Source of the DNA: a virus
Lineage: Duplodnaviria; Heunggongvirae; Uroviricota; Caudoviricetes
Direction: 5' to 3' (one strand)
DNA length: 52,842 nt
Virus record (IMG/VR): IMGVR_UViG_3300006153_000005
The notes under the pieces were generated by a model. It ran no database searches, was not told the origin of the DNA, and worked only from the letters and a program-made list of their open reading frames with translations. Position numbers and translations under genes: made by a program. The number at the start of each line of letters is the position of its first letter. The stretch's first letter is position 1. Positions 20,833-30,404 of the stretch are shown here, piece after piece.

Positions 20833-21362
20833 GTTTTCTCTCCTTTTGATATTTCCAAATTGTTTACGACATAGTGACCAATACAGATTGCATCCGAAAG
20901 GTTGTCATTATCAGTCTCGATTCCGAACTTTTCCCGCACAAATTGCAGAGAAAGAATTTTGGAACTTTTCTTTGGTTCAAGCTCCACCTCTTTTACCTTG
21001 GATTTGATTTCCTTGGTAGTTCTGCCTCGTGCTTTACAAAAATTTTGCCATTGCGTTGGTGCTACAAGACCATAAAGGTATTCGTTTTTCTCACACAGAT
21101 TTACGAGTACACCCTGCAACTGTGCCAGTTTCTTGAAAGATTGCACATTCTTTCTCAACTGAATGTCCTCAAAGAAAACCGCATCAATGCAGCGCGTGTG
21201 TATCACTTCATTTATCAACGCCTCGATGTGCAAAATTGCCTGTTCAAATGTATGATTTTTGCTCTCAAAAGCCCACGTCCCATAGTCAACCAGAGACTTT
21301 TCTTCATAATCGAAAACAGCCCACGCACCATGTCTGGCCTGATCAACGGCCAGGATATTCAC
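20829..21362 (-). CDS. RuvC-like Holliday junction resolvase
   Basis: ILAVDQA, FFEDIQ, DNLSDAICIG acidic tetrad pattern of the RuvC fold. Confidence 0.8.
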   Translation of the reverse strand: MNILAVDQARHGAWAVFDYEEKSLVDYGTWAFESKNHTFEQAILHIEALINEVIHTRCIDAVFFEDIQLRKNVQSFKKLAQLQGVLVNLCEKNEYLYGLVAPTQWQNFCKARGRTTKEIKSKVKEVELEPKKSSKILSLQFVREKFGIETDNDNLSDAICIGHYVVNNLEISKGEKT

Positions 21363-21430
21363 CTCTACTCACCTCCAAATCGAAAAAGGAGGCGCTGCAG
21401 CCTATTTTCTGCAACGCCTCTTCTTTATTC

Positions 21431-21793
21431 TTATTCACTTACCTCAGCATCATCTGTTGAATGCAACTGCTTTTCATCCTTCTTCTCAACGACCGCCTGA
21501 CCAGCGGGAACAGCTTTCTTTCTCGTCCCATTCATACCTTTCACTTTTGAGGCGATTTCCACCATGAGCATTTTCACACTCGGCAAAAGGCCGTCTGTCT
21601 CTCGAATATTCACACCACGTTTGCTAAGAGCATGATAGGCTTTCACAGCATCGTGATCGCCCTGATATTCCATCAAGACATTGAGAATATAGTAATGGTC
21701 GGCGGTGTCGGTCAGAGCACGCCAGCTATGAACCTTTTCACAGGAATAGCAATACTCGTACTCTGCACCGCACACCCGGCAATGACGCTTCAT
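21431..21793 (-). CDS. Hypothetical Zn-finger protein
   Basis: CRVCGAEYEYCYSC (two CxxC) at the N-terminus. Confidence 0.6.
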   Translation of the reverse strand: MKRHCRVCGAEYEYCYSCEKVHSWRALTDTADHYYILNVLMEYQGDHDAVKAYHALSKRGVNIRETDGLLPSVKMLMVEIASKVKGMNGTRKKAVPAGQAVVEKKDEKQLHSTDDAEVSE

Positions 21794-21796
21794 CGC

Positions 21797-22591
21797 TTAC
21801 ACGCCCACGCCAACTGCCTTACCGATGAGGATGTAGCACAGCTCTTCCTCCTCGGAGCAGTAATCCTTCATGGCGGAAATGCTGAAGGGGTGGGTGCCCT
21901 CGGTGGTCAGATTCAGACTGAAGTTGTTGTCCAGCTTACCCTTGGAAATCACAATAGTGATAGCAGCGGTCACACCACACACATCTTCAGCCAGGATCTT
22001 GGCAATATACTTGGCATTCTTGTTGAAGGTTTCAGAGCTGTCGGTCACACGAACGGCCTCGTCCGTCTCGTACTGATACAGCACGCCAATACGACTTCCG
22101 GTATAGGTATCAGGCAGCGTGATAACATTTCCGGTAATCTTGGCGTTTTCATCAGCAGTACCGACTTCAATGGGATCGCCCAGAGACTTGTCCTTGTTGA
22201 TCGCGTACACCACACTGGGGGTAGTCGTCGGGGTATAAGCCATGGTAGCTTTCTTTTCACCACTGTCCTCCACAATCGTGATGATCTCGAAATCCTCACC
22301 CTTGATCTTCTTGTCGGCGGTCGCCACCTGAACCTCAGTACCCAGCTGAGAAGCCATCAGGCCAAGCTCCAGCTTAGAACTTTCGCCGGACAGAGTGAAA
22401 CCCTTGGCGGTATCAAAACGTGAGATTAGAATACCACGCTCGTCGGTCTTATCCACAGATTCGCCAGTGAACTCAGCCTGGGGGCTTTCGATGTTTCTGA
22501 GCACCCAATTCACCATACCAGACTCCAGATCTACCTCGGTTAGACGGAGAAATCTGTTGATAACAGCACTCTTAATGTCAAAATTAGGCAT
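21797..22591 (-). CDS. Major tail (tube) protein
   Basis: 264 aa, acidic, strongly biased (highly expressed) codon usage; position after neck genes. Confidence 0.7.
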   Translation of the reverse strand: MPNFDIKSAVINRFLRLTEVDLESGMVNWVLRNIESPQAEFTGESVDKTDERGILISRFDTAKGFTLSGESSKLELGLMASQLGTEVQVATADKKIKGEDFEIITIVEDSGEKKATMAYTPTTTPSVVYAINKDKSLGDPIEVGTADENAKITGNVITLPDTYTGSRIGVLYQYETDEAVRVTDSSETFNKNAKYIAKILAEDVCGVTAAITIVISKGKLDNNFSLNLTTEGTHPFSISAMKDYCSEEEELCYILIGKAVGVGV

Positions 22592-22623
22592 AATTAACCA
22601 TCCTTTCTTGTTAGCCGCAGGTG

Positions 22624-23343
22624 TCAGTCAGACATCCATTCAAGCTCTTTTTTGTTGATTTTTTTCATATCAACGCAACCACTATAAATTCCAAGCATTG
22701 TGAAATAGTAATGGTCACGCTTTTGCATACGCATAATACTGTCCATAAACACTCCGATAGGTGCATCCCAAACAGTATCCCATCGAAATTGAGATCCAGG
22801 CAGGTTTATTGCCGAAGAAACAAGTGGTTTCAGCATGGACTTGAACGGCTTGTTTGCTGCGTCCTCGCGATCATCCCGATCCGCCTCGATCATAATATCT
22901 CTGGTATAATCGTCATACGGCTTCACTTCATTCTTTTTGAACTGATGGATATGCCGTAGATAATCAGTTAGCAACTTGTAAACCGCACGGTCGATTACCG
23001 CCCCATCCCGATTCACAAGAACAAAATCTTTGAGGTTCTTTGAGGGCATAGGTTGAAACGAAGCCACATCTAAATCCCCAAACAGTATCTTCGTGTCACG
23101 CAACTGGATAGCTCTAAACGTAGACACAAACAACTCATACTCGTCTATCCTATCCCAATAAGTATTCATAGCGTCCCATATCTCTACCTTACGGTCAGCG
23201 GGTGTTGCACAAATTGTCTGTGCAAGTCCAAAATACTGCTGCTCCCCATAATGGTAGATCTCCCTCAATGTTGGGTTCCTCACTCCAATTTTTGGTGTAA
23301 TTTTGTACGCTTCGCCTGTCAGCGCAGTTAGACTATCAATCAT
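22624..23343 (-). CDS. Hypothetical morphogenesis protein
   Basis: 239-aa ORF overlapping the upstream stop codon; neck/tail context. Confidence 0.55.
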   Translation of the reverse strand: MIDSLTALTGEAYKITPKIGVRNPTLREIYHYGEQQYFGLAQTICATPADRKVEIWDAMNTYWDRIDEYELFVSTFRAIQLRDTKILFGDLDVASFQPMPSKNLKDFVLVNRDGAVIDRAVYKLLTDYLRHIHQFKKNEVKPYDDYTRDIMIEADRDDREDAANKPFKSMLKPLVSSAINLPGSQFRWDTVWDAPIGVFMDSIMRMQKRDHYYFTMLGIYSGCVDMKKINKKELEWMSD

Positions 23344-23846
23344 AACAGTTCTGCGCTCCTATTCCTCTCGTGAGTGATATATGGGATTTGCCACCCAGAA
23401 TATCCTTCGTTAAACTGAACCTCATCTGCTGTGCTCAGAACAATTCCTCCCAGCCCAAACAAAGGTTCCTCTCCGTTATTCAGAATACAATCAACCTCAT
23501 CTGCCAGCAGATCCGCTCTGGAACCCTGCAGCAAGTCAATTTGGTGTTCGTTACAGATGATATAGACGGTGATCCCCGTCTCCTTCACCACATTCGAGTC
23601 GGTATATACCACACGGCTACGCATCGTAATGAAGTTTTTATCTACTGTTTGTGTATCTGGGACATAAAAGTGAGTTTTGATAAGAGACGCCGCAGGACTT
23701 TTGCTTCCCGTTCTGATATTCTCAAACTCCACTACATTATTGCCCACATTACAAAGCAGGTTTACCACTGCCTGATTTTGTAGCAGCTTACGCTTCAAAA
23801 GGATTTTTTGCTGAATCATCGCGTCAAAATGCGGCACTCTCTTCAC
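23340..23846 (-). CDS. Putative tail terminator/completion protein
   Basis: 168 aa; position between neck genes and tail tube gene. Confidence 0.45.
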   Translation of the reverse strand: MKRVPHFDAMIQQKILLKRKLLQNQAVVNLLCNVGNNVVEFENIRTGSKSPAASLIKTHFYVPDTQTVDKNFITMRSRVVYTDSNVVKETGITVYIICNEHQIDLLQGSRADLLADEVDCILNNGEEPLFGLGGIVLSTADEVQFNEGYSGWQIPYITHERNRSAELL

Positions 23847-23850
23847 CTCC

Positions 23851-24903
23851 CTACCAATTCACGATTTGAATAGTAATGACAGCCTCACACGCGAGTTCGT
23901 CATTGATCGCTTTGATTTCAATTTGCTTTCCAACATAAGATGGATCGCTCTTTGCCTGTAATGTAATTACACCATCTTCCTCTGCGATAATACTGACTGC
24001 ACCGCCAAAGTCGCATTCCAAGTGGTATTGAGGTGGATCAATAGGATCTCCATCAGCCGTCAAACAACGAACCTGTACTTGCTTTGTTTCGCCACTTGCC
24101 AATCTGAAGTCTCCGTCCAAATCAGTCAATATGAGAGAAGCCGTTGACCCTGGTACTTCCTCTACACCACCAGAGGTAGCAGCATGATAATCTGCAATCA
24201 TCAGTTCAACACTGTCTGTTGCGGTATTCAGCTGGTCTTGCAGCACTGACCATTGAATTAACCCATCCTCCTCACGCTCACTGCCTACCGCATAAGAAAC
24301 AGGATCTACCCTTGTAATACGATAGACACTTGGCTTGTCACGTCTTTTATCCATGATAAAGCGGAAATTGTCATCCAGCAAAATCGTCTCTTGGTTAAAT
24401 GGGAGATAAATTAAATGCTGATCTTCTCCAACATTCATGTGGGTCTTTTCCAACTCACCTGTACCGTACTGTGTACTATTGGTGCTAAATACTGGATAGT
24501 CTACAATCTCACCAGTCAGCGGGGAAACAAATCGAATGGAATGTTTGCATTTCCACAATACCGCTTTTTCGTAAATACGGTTGTTGTCTGGCAACGCACT
24601 GACCAGCCAGAATGCTCCATCGTATTTCACATACTGCCCGCACTTCAAAATTCCAATATTACAGAGAATTTGTCGTACTGTCGTGCTGTTGTAAACATCG
24701 CTGGTCTTATTTTGAACGATTGCTCTTACCTGTTGTGGCTGGGCATATACAGCCTTATCATAGATCAACACATCGGCCCCGATAAAAGAGTCAAGCACCT
24801 CCTGAAAGCCATCCTGACCATATGCCCAAAACTCATCATCCTCAAAACCGCTGTTGAAAAGGGGGCGTGTCATCCGATACCAGCTCTTGGATTCCTCTGA
24901 CAT
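23851..24903 (-). CDS. Putative head-closure/neck protein with C-terminal Ig-like domain
   Basis: 350 aa; LKCGQYVKYDGAFWLV motif; beta-rich C-terminus; position after adaptor. Confidence 0.5.
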   Translation of the reverse strand: MSEESKSWYRMTRPLFNSGFEDDEFWAYGQDGFQEVLDSFIGADVLIYDKAVYAQPQQVRAIVQNKTSDVYNSTTVRQILCNIGILKCGQYVKYDGAFWLVSALPDNNRIYEKAVLWKCKHSIRFVSPLTGEIVDYPVFSTNSTQYGTGELEKTHMNVGEDQHLIYLPFNQETILLDDNFRFIMDKRRDKPSVYRITRVDPVSYAVGSEREEDGLIQWSVLQDQLNTATDSVELMIADYHAATSGGVEEVPGSTASLILTDLDGDFRLASGETKQVQVRCLTADGDPIDPPQYHLECDFGGAVSIIAEEDGVITLQAKSDPSYVGKQIEIKAINDELACEAVITIQIVNW

Positions 24904-24914
24904 ATTACCACCCC

Positions 24915-25319
24915 TTATCCATACGTATGATCTTTCTGCCGATGGAGCAGTCTTTCAACCAAAGCAATCTGATCGTCAAGCTCCTGCTTGGTCACACGCT
25001 TTGTAGCATCCTGCCCTGTCAGCTGTACATCTTTACCGTAAATACCATTCAAGGCCATGACACGGCTCAATTCCCTTTGCAGATAAGACACATACATCAT
25101 CTGCGCCAGCGTCCGGCAAACGGTTCTATCCAGTTTGCCGGCAAACTTTTGTGTTTTCTCGTTATACCGCAAGTCGCAGCTTAAATTCAACTCATAATCT
25201 GCAACCGCTGTGGCAAGCCATTCTGCCTCTAATCCTTCTGGGATTTCAAATTTCGTCAAAGGCATGGAATGGAAGGTTTTCTCAATATCCGCAAAGGTTG
25301 TTCTCTTAGCGTTAGGCAT
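24915..25319 (-). CDS. Putative head-tail adaptor
   Basis: 134 aa, helical; second gene after capsid. Confidence 0.5.
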   Translation of the reverse strand: MPNAKRTTFADIEKTFHSMPLTKFEIPEGLEAEWLATAVADYELNLSCDLRYNEKTQKFAGKLDRTVCRTLAQMMYVSYLQRELSRVMALNGIYGKDVQLTGQDATKRVTKQELDDQIALVERLLHRQKDHTYG

Positions 25320-25345
25320 ATTCCATACCCTCTCCTCTCTCAGAC

Positions 25346-25816
25346 CTAAACGGCGGCAGTTTCAGCCAGAGCACGTAGGGCATCCACCTTCCACGCCTCA
25401 ACATCATCTGACCCGGCCTGCTGTGCCAACTCTACCAGCATCTTCTTCTCAGCATCGGTTGTTACCATTGCTTTAAGCTGCTCGTTGAACTTGGCCTTAG
25501 TACGGATATTCAGCAATGCCTTGACAGCATCCAGGTTCAGCAGAGCAGGAGCGTCTGTCTCCACACTTTCCAGGCCGAAAAGCTGCTTACGTTGCTCATC
25601 ATTGACAATCTGAATACGAGCATGGTTGCCCATACCGTCTGTGCCAGTGAACATCCTATTCCCAGTTTGAATCTGTGCCTGAACCTCCTCGAATGACAGC
25701 AGAGGCCAGTTCTTCGCGTTCGCGGGGATCTCAACATCACCCTGCCCAGCTTTACGCCAGAAAGAGAGAGGCCAAGCGCACAGATTATTTACCAGGACAT
25801 TGTTATTTGTTGCCAT
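25346..25816 (-). CDS. Hypothetical protein after major capsid gene
   Basis: 156-aa ORF with RBS AAGGAG. Confidence 0.6.
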   Translation of the reverse strand: MATNNNVLVNNLCAWPLSFWRKAGQGDVEIPANAKNWPLLSFEEVQAQIQTGNRMFTGTDGMGNHARIQIVNDEQRKQLFGLESVETDAPALLNLDAVKALLNIRTKAKFNEQLKAMVTTDAEKKMLVELAQQAGSDDVEAWKVDALRALAETAAV

Positions 25817-25842
25817 AACGATTCTCCTTGTTATTGAAAATT

Positions 25843-25864
25843 AGGGAGGGTTTTACCCCTCCCT
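25843..25864 (-). terminator. Intrinsic terminator after major capsid gene
   Basis: AGGGAGGG/CCCTCCCT stem flanked by A/T tracts. Confidence 0.7.
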
Positions 25865-25892
25865 TTTAGTTTTCTTTGATTTAGTTCGTCGC

Positions 25893-26999
25893 TTAGGCGG
25901 TGGGTGCCTCAAAGTTGGTGTCGGAAATCAGACCGATCTGATCCTCCATACCCTCCGCAACACCAGCGCCCAGTTCCATGTCGAAGCGGGTCAGATGCTG
26001 CCGAGTCACGATGTCGTCACCAGTCATAGTGGTCAGACCACCACGCAGGAAGACCTGCAGCGGGGACACAGCGCCACGGGGCAGGAAGAACAGCAGACCT
26101 TGGGGCATATACAGATCGTAGTCGGTGCCCGCAGCATTCAGCTTCGTCCAGTTAATTGCGTTGGGCAGCTCGGTCACGATTGCGCCGTTGTACAAATTGA
26201 CAAGTCCAGTCTTACGAATCTCCTCAGCGACAATAGTGTTTGCGTACCGCGTCTCGTCAGCTGCCAGAGACTTGAACCCAGCAAAATCGTTAAACTGGCT
26301 AACCACAGAGTAGTCACCAGCGATGTTGACCTTGCCGTACCGACGCATGGACTTCAGCATATTGTCAACGCCGGTCTTGGTAATACCGGTGGACTCAGCA
26401 AAGTGCTTCACGCCCTTAGCGTTCTTCAGCGCATTGTACAGAACAGTCATCACATAATAGACAGCCTTATTCTGCATATCAGTCTGCACCTGGTTCATAC
26501 CCTCGGCAATATTGCCGTCGAAATTGCCGCTCTGAAGCTCACGGTAATCAACAGCAAAGCCACCAGAAATAGTCTGGGTGCCGATGGGGTACTCACGCCA
26601 ATTCCAAGCCGCAAACGGCACATCAGCACTGGAAGCCTGGAAACGAGAATCCACGCTCTCATACTTATAGGTCTTCATCATAGGAGCTTCGTGGTATCCG
26701 ATCCGACGATAAGTACCCATAAAGTCGAATAGGCGCACAGCCTCCAGCAGTTTCGGCTCAATAGCGAAACGGACAATGGTATTGATTTCGCTCTGTGCGG
26801 CAAGATCGCCAGCCAAAGCCTTAGAAGACAGCTCCTTCAGCGTTGCCACAGATTTGTCCAAAACCTTGGCATCCACATTGGGCTTCATGCCCGCTGCGAG
26901 AGCAGAAAACACCTCGACAACAGGGGAGTTCTGCTTAACACGCCCAGTGTCAACAACAACCTGAGCATTGTTCATATTGATTTCATAAATCGGGTTCAT
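25893..26999 (-). CDS. Major capsid protein (HK97 fold expected)
   Basis: 368 aa from ATG 26999 (RBS AAGGAGG); biased codon usage; follows scaffold and decoration genes; terminator downstream. Confidence 0.8.
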   Translation of the reverse strand: MNPIYEINMNNAQVVVDTGRVKQNSPVVEVFSALAAGMKPNVDAKVLDKSVATLKELSSKALAGDLAAQSEINTIVRFAIEPKLLEAVRLFDFMGTYRRIGYHEAPMMKTYKYESVDSRFQASSADVPFAAWNWREYPIGTQTISGGFAVDYRELQSGNFDGNIAEGMNQVQTDMQNKAVYYVMTVLYNALKNAKGVKHFAESTGITKTGVDNMLKSMRRYGKVNIAGDYSVVSQFNDFAGFKSLAADETRYANTIVAEEIRKTGLVNLYNGAIVTELPNAINWTKLNAAGTDYDLYMPQGLLFFLPRGAVSPLQVFLRGGLTTMTGDDIVTRQHLTRFDMELGAGVAEGMEDQIGLISDTNFEAPTA

Positions 27000-27016
27000 G
27001 TTTTCTCCCTCCTTCA

Positions 27017-27475
27017 TTATTGCACGCGGATAACGGCCAGAATACCCTTACCCATATACGCGGTCTTCTCGATGACCTCAAAGTACACCTTGTAGCCGTC
27101 ACTTGTGCCCTTTACAATCAGGCCATCAGTGCCAAACACCAGGGTATCGCCAGCGTCAACACTGTCAACACCGCCGTTGATCTCATAGTCGGCAAACTCC
27201 ATCTCCATGTTTGCCACGGAAGTCAAATCGTCAGCACGAACATATTCGCCCTCCTTGACCTCCACAGTCTCACTGTAATTGTGCATCTCAGGCTTATCGT
27301 TAATATTGGTAACGATGCGGTGGCACGCCTTAGCCTCATCCGCACTGGCAGGCAAATTAGCCGTCTTAGCAGCGCGATCCAGAATCACGCCCATACCCAC
27401 CTTCAGATCGACAGCAGCTTTGCAGTAGCCGACGTTCTGAACATTCTTGAAATAACCGATAGTCTTTGCTTTCAT
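27017..27475 (-). CDS. Putative capsid decoration/cement protein
   Basis: 152 aa immediately upstream of capsid gene; highly expressed codon bias. Confidence 0.6.
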   Translation of the reverse strand: MKAKTIGYFKNVQNVGYCKAAVDLKVGMGVILDRAAKTANLPASADEAKACHRIVTNINDKPEMHNYSETVEVKEGEYVRADDLTSVANMEMEFADYEINGGVDSVDAGDTLVFGTDGLIVKGTSDGYKVYFEVIEKTAYMGKGILAVIRVQ

Positions 27476-27494
27476 TTCCTCTCACTTTCCTTTC

Positions 27495-28691
27495 TTAGAA
27501 TACATCGACTTCACCGTCGTCAGCTTCCAGCTTAGTGCTGTCTGTCATAGCGAAAACATCAATTTCACTGGCAGCGTTGGTTTCTGCAACCGACTTCTCG
27601 CGTGACAAGCGCACCATCTCAGTACAAATCTTGCCCACGATAGCATTGATTTCCACACTTCCGGGGTTCTCATTGAAAGCGTCGATCTCCTCTTTTGCGA
27701 TCGCCTGCTGCTCCTCGGTGTAAGGTGCCAATGCTGCATTTAGCTCGGCTTTGGCAGCTTCGCTTTCAAGCTGGGCGATCTTGGCGTTAGCCTCACTCAA
27801 ACTGGCTTCTGCCGTCTCCTTGGCGGCATTTGCCTCAGTCAGTCCAGCCTCAGCAGCGGCTTGTGCGGCATTTGCCGCCTCAAAGTCGGCCCGCAGCTGT
27901 GCGATTTCGGCCTCCTTGAGTTTGATGTCCGCCTGGAGCTGGGCAATCTCAGCATCCTTTGCCTCAACCTTTGCCCAGTATTCATCCCACTTGGAATTGG
28001 ACTCGGAAACAGCTCCGGAGATGACCGCCATCAATTCATTTTTCAGCTTCTCATCCATGGTACTTTCCTCCTTTTGTTGCTTTTTATTATTTAACTCCAT
28101 CACGATAGCGGCCTCATCAGCCGGTTTGACGCTAAGGATTGCATAGCCACTGTAATCATAGATTTGCGGAATACGACCCTGCTCTTTCCAACCGCCGGAG
28201 TAAATAATGTATCCATCATGCTCGGCTTTACCAACAATTTCGACAGATCCCTTAATAGTGGATTCTGCCATATGCTCACGCAGCCAAGCTACAAACTTTG
28301 GATAACGCATCTCGTCCAGTGTTCCCTCAGCAATCAACACTCGCTTCGTTACACCATCAATTTCAACGTCATCAATATACGCCCTGTCAAAATGCCCCAC
28401 CATAGTAGCATCCTCAAACAAAGGCAAGTTATCTTGTACACGAATCTCAGTCATTCCGTGCCCATAAGGAATGTCTCTATCATCTGTCAGAAACTCAACG
28501 GTAATTGACATACCTACTACAGAATGCAGGTTAGCTTGTACATATTTCTCAATCCACGAGATTCCATTCTCCTGCCACGTAGAATCGTCTGGAAAGATTT
28601 CATGCAGGATGACCTTGATAGGCCGTCTGCCTGCAATCTTGCTTTCGCTGGAAATCTCATAACAAATTGGATAAAAAAACTTCTCAGCCAT
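27495..28691 (-). CDS. Prohead protease/scaffold fusion
   Basis: Globular N-terminal half (GHFDRA, KGSVEI, YSGYAIL) plus Ala/Glu-rich coiled-coil C-terminus; between portal and capsid. Confidence 0.65.
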   Translation of the reverse strand: MAEKFFYPICYEISSESKIAGRRPIKVILHEIFPDDSTWQENGISWIEKYVQANLHSVVGMSITVEFLTDDRDIPYGHGMTEIRVQDNLPLFEDATMVGHFDRAYIDDVEIDGVTKRVLIAEGTLDEMRYPKFVAWLREHMAESTIKGSVEIVGKAEHDGYIIYSGGWKEQGRIPQIYDYSGYAILSVKPADEAAIVMELNNKKQQKEESTMDEKLKNELMAVISGAVSESNSKWDEYWAKVEAKDAEIAQLQADIKLKEAEIAQLRADFEAANAAQAAAEAGLTEANAAKETAEASLSEANAKIAQLESEAAKAELNAALAPYTEEQQAIAKEEIDAFNENPGSVEINAIVGKICTEMVRLSREKSVAETNAASEIDVFAMTDSTKLEADDGEVDVF

Positions 28692-28707
28692 ACTTCTTCA
28701 CCTCCCT

Positions 28708-30390
28708 TTACGTATCAGAAGGAGATGGACTTGCATTTCCATTATTAGCCGTTGTAGATGCGGTGCTTGCATTTTGTGGCGCATCACCGCTGGTACTTTT
28801 ATCTACATCGCCATCTGGAGCGTCTTTACCCGTCACAGTAAACGAAGTTTTATGGACTGGGTAGCGATTTTCAAAATCTTCCTCCAACTCCAAGTCCATG
28901 AGAGAGAGATAGTCGTCAGCATTGATACCCGTTGCTGCAATCCATGCAAGCAAGCTCCCTTTGCCACGCGCATACAGATCAGAGAAATATTTTACCTGCT
29001 TCTCCCGATTAGCAAATGTAATAGGCAGGACCCTAAACTCTACGCGATAACTGCTATCACGAATTACATTATAGTTTAAGCACTTGTTCAACTCCTCAAC
29101 AATAGCCTCAATCCATGTAAAAACATTGTTTGCCACAATCTCCAGATTCAGCATGGCCGTAGCATAGTTGCTTGTGGAACTGCTTCCGCTTAGAGCCGCC
29201 GCGCCCACACCGATAGCCTCGTTCACATCTTCTTTGATCGCATTCTCGTTATCCTCGTCCAGCAAGTCAATATTGACTGGCAGGCTATCCATTTTTGTGC
29301 CTGCCGCCAAAGAGAAAAATGCAATGCCGCTGGAATTTGTGCGCTGTGTCAGAGCTTGTCTTACCGTGTTATGCTGATTTTCCTGTTGCTTCTGAGATAG
29401 AGCGGAAGTACCCTTATCTTTCCCCTCTGGAAATGTCTCGTAGTAAATCTGATTGTTTACCTTATCCAACACATGACGCTTGGTATTGATAAAATACTTG
29501 GCATAATCAATATCATCCAAAGCCGCAACAGCAAACGGAACGCCATACGGATCGTTCTGACTGCTTTTAATTTTGGTTACAATCGTTTTGCGCCAATCCA
29601 ACCTCAGCCATGTAGCGCCGTTTTCAAACCCACCATTGTGATACTTTTCCCAGCCGTCTTGAATTTGCCGAGGAAATCCACGTAATTTCCGCTTGCGCTC
29701 GTCATCCAACATACCATCAAAATACCGCAGATCAAACGCTACCTCGTAGCAGTTATTCCTACGGCCAATAATTCTTACATATTCAATAGGAAGAGAGATA
29801 ACTACCGTGTTGACGCCAGCAGAGTTGATATCAGTAATGCCATTGATATCCGCATCCGTCAGCGCCAACCTCCGCTCTACAGGAATAGTGCGGGTTTCCA
29901 TGTACCCTACATACATTCCTTCGTTGGCATTATGAAAAACAGCGTCACGAATCACCTCTTTGTAGCGCATAGAACGAAGAACACTATTCATCCGATCAGC
30001 ATTAGTGCGATAGCCTTTACGTTGACCACCGGACTTTTTGGGTCTTGCCGTCACAATGTAATCCAGAGAGTGAAGACTTGTCAGGGCGTCAATCGCAGTG
30101 CCAACCGTCCCATTGGAGTAATACGCCCAACGTGCCCACTGACGCAGCTCAGTAATGTATCTCATAGGTTCTTGCGCCATTCTGATAATCTGCTCCGTAG
30201 AATATGGTGCTGTCTTAGAGCTTCCACAACCGACCGCATTCAAATAGGCCGCTCCGAGTTGAGTGTTGAACTCATGTAAAACTGCTTCCACTGTAGAGGA
30301 AATCGCATTCTGCTCAGTAGTATCTCTTGGATGATTTTCCCCGCCTGTCAGTCTGGTCAGCCATGACCGAAATCTTGATTCACCTGCCAT
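28708..30390 (-). CDS. Portal protein
   Basis: 560 aa directly after terminase large subunit; PYGVPFAVAAL, LNKCLN motifs. Confidence 0.8.
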   Translation of the reverse strand: MAGESRFRSWLTRLTGGENHPRDTTEQNAISSTVEAVLHEFNTQLGAAYLNAVGCGSSKTAPYSTEQIIRMAQEPMRYITELRQWARWAYYSNGTVGTAIDALTSLHSLDYIVTARPKKSGGQRKGYRTNADRMNSVLRSMRYKEVIRDAVFHNANEGMYVGYMETRTIPVERRLALTDADINGITDINSAGVNTVVISLPIEYVRIIGRRNNCYEVAFDLRYFDGMLDDERKRKLRGFPRQIQDGWEKYHNGGFENGATWLRLDWRKTIVTKIKSSQNDPYGVPFAVAALDDIDYAKYFINTKRHVLDKVNNQIYYETFPEGKDKGTSALSQKQQENQHNTVRQALTQRTNSSGIAFFSLAAGTKMDSLPVNIDLLDEDNENAIKEDVNEAIGVGAAALSGSSSTSNYATAMLNLEIVANNVFTWIEAIVEELNKCLNYNVIRDSSYRVEFRVLPITFANREKQVKYFSDLYARGKGSLLAWIAATGINADDYLSLMDLELEEDFENRYPVHKTSFTVTGKDAPDGDVDKSTSGDAPQNASTASTTANNGNASPSPSDT

Positions 30391-30404
30391 AAATCTTCAC
30401 CTCC

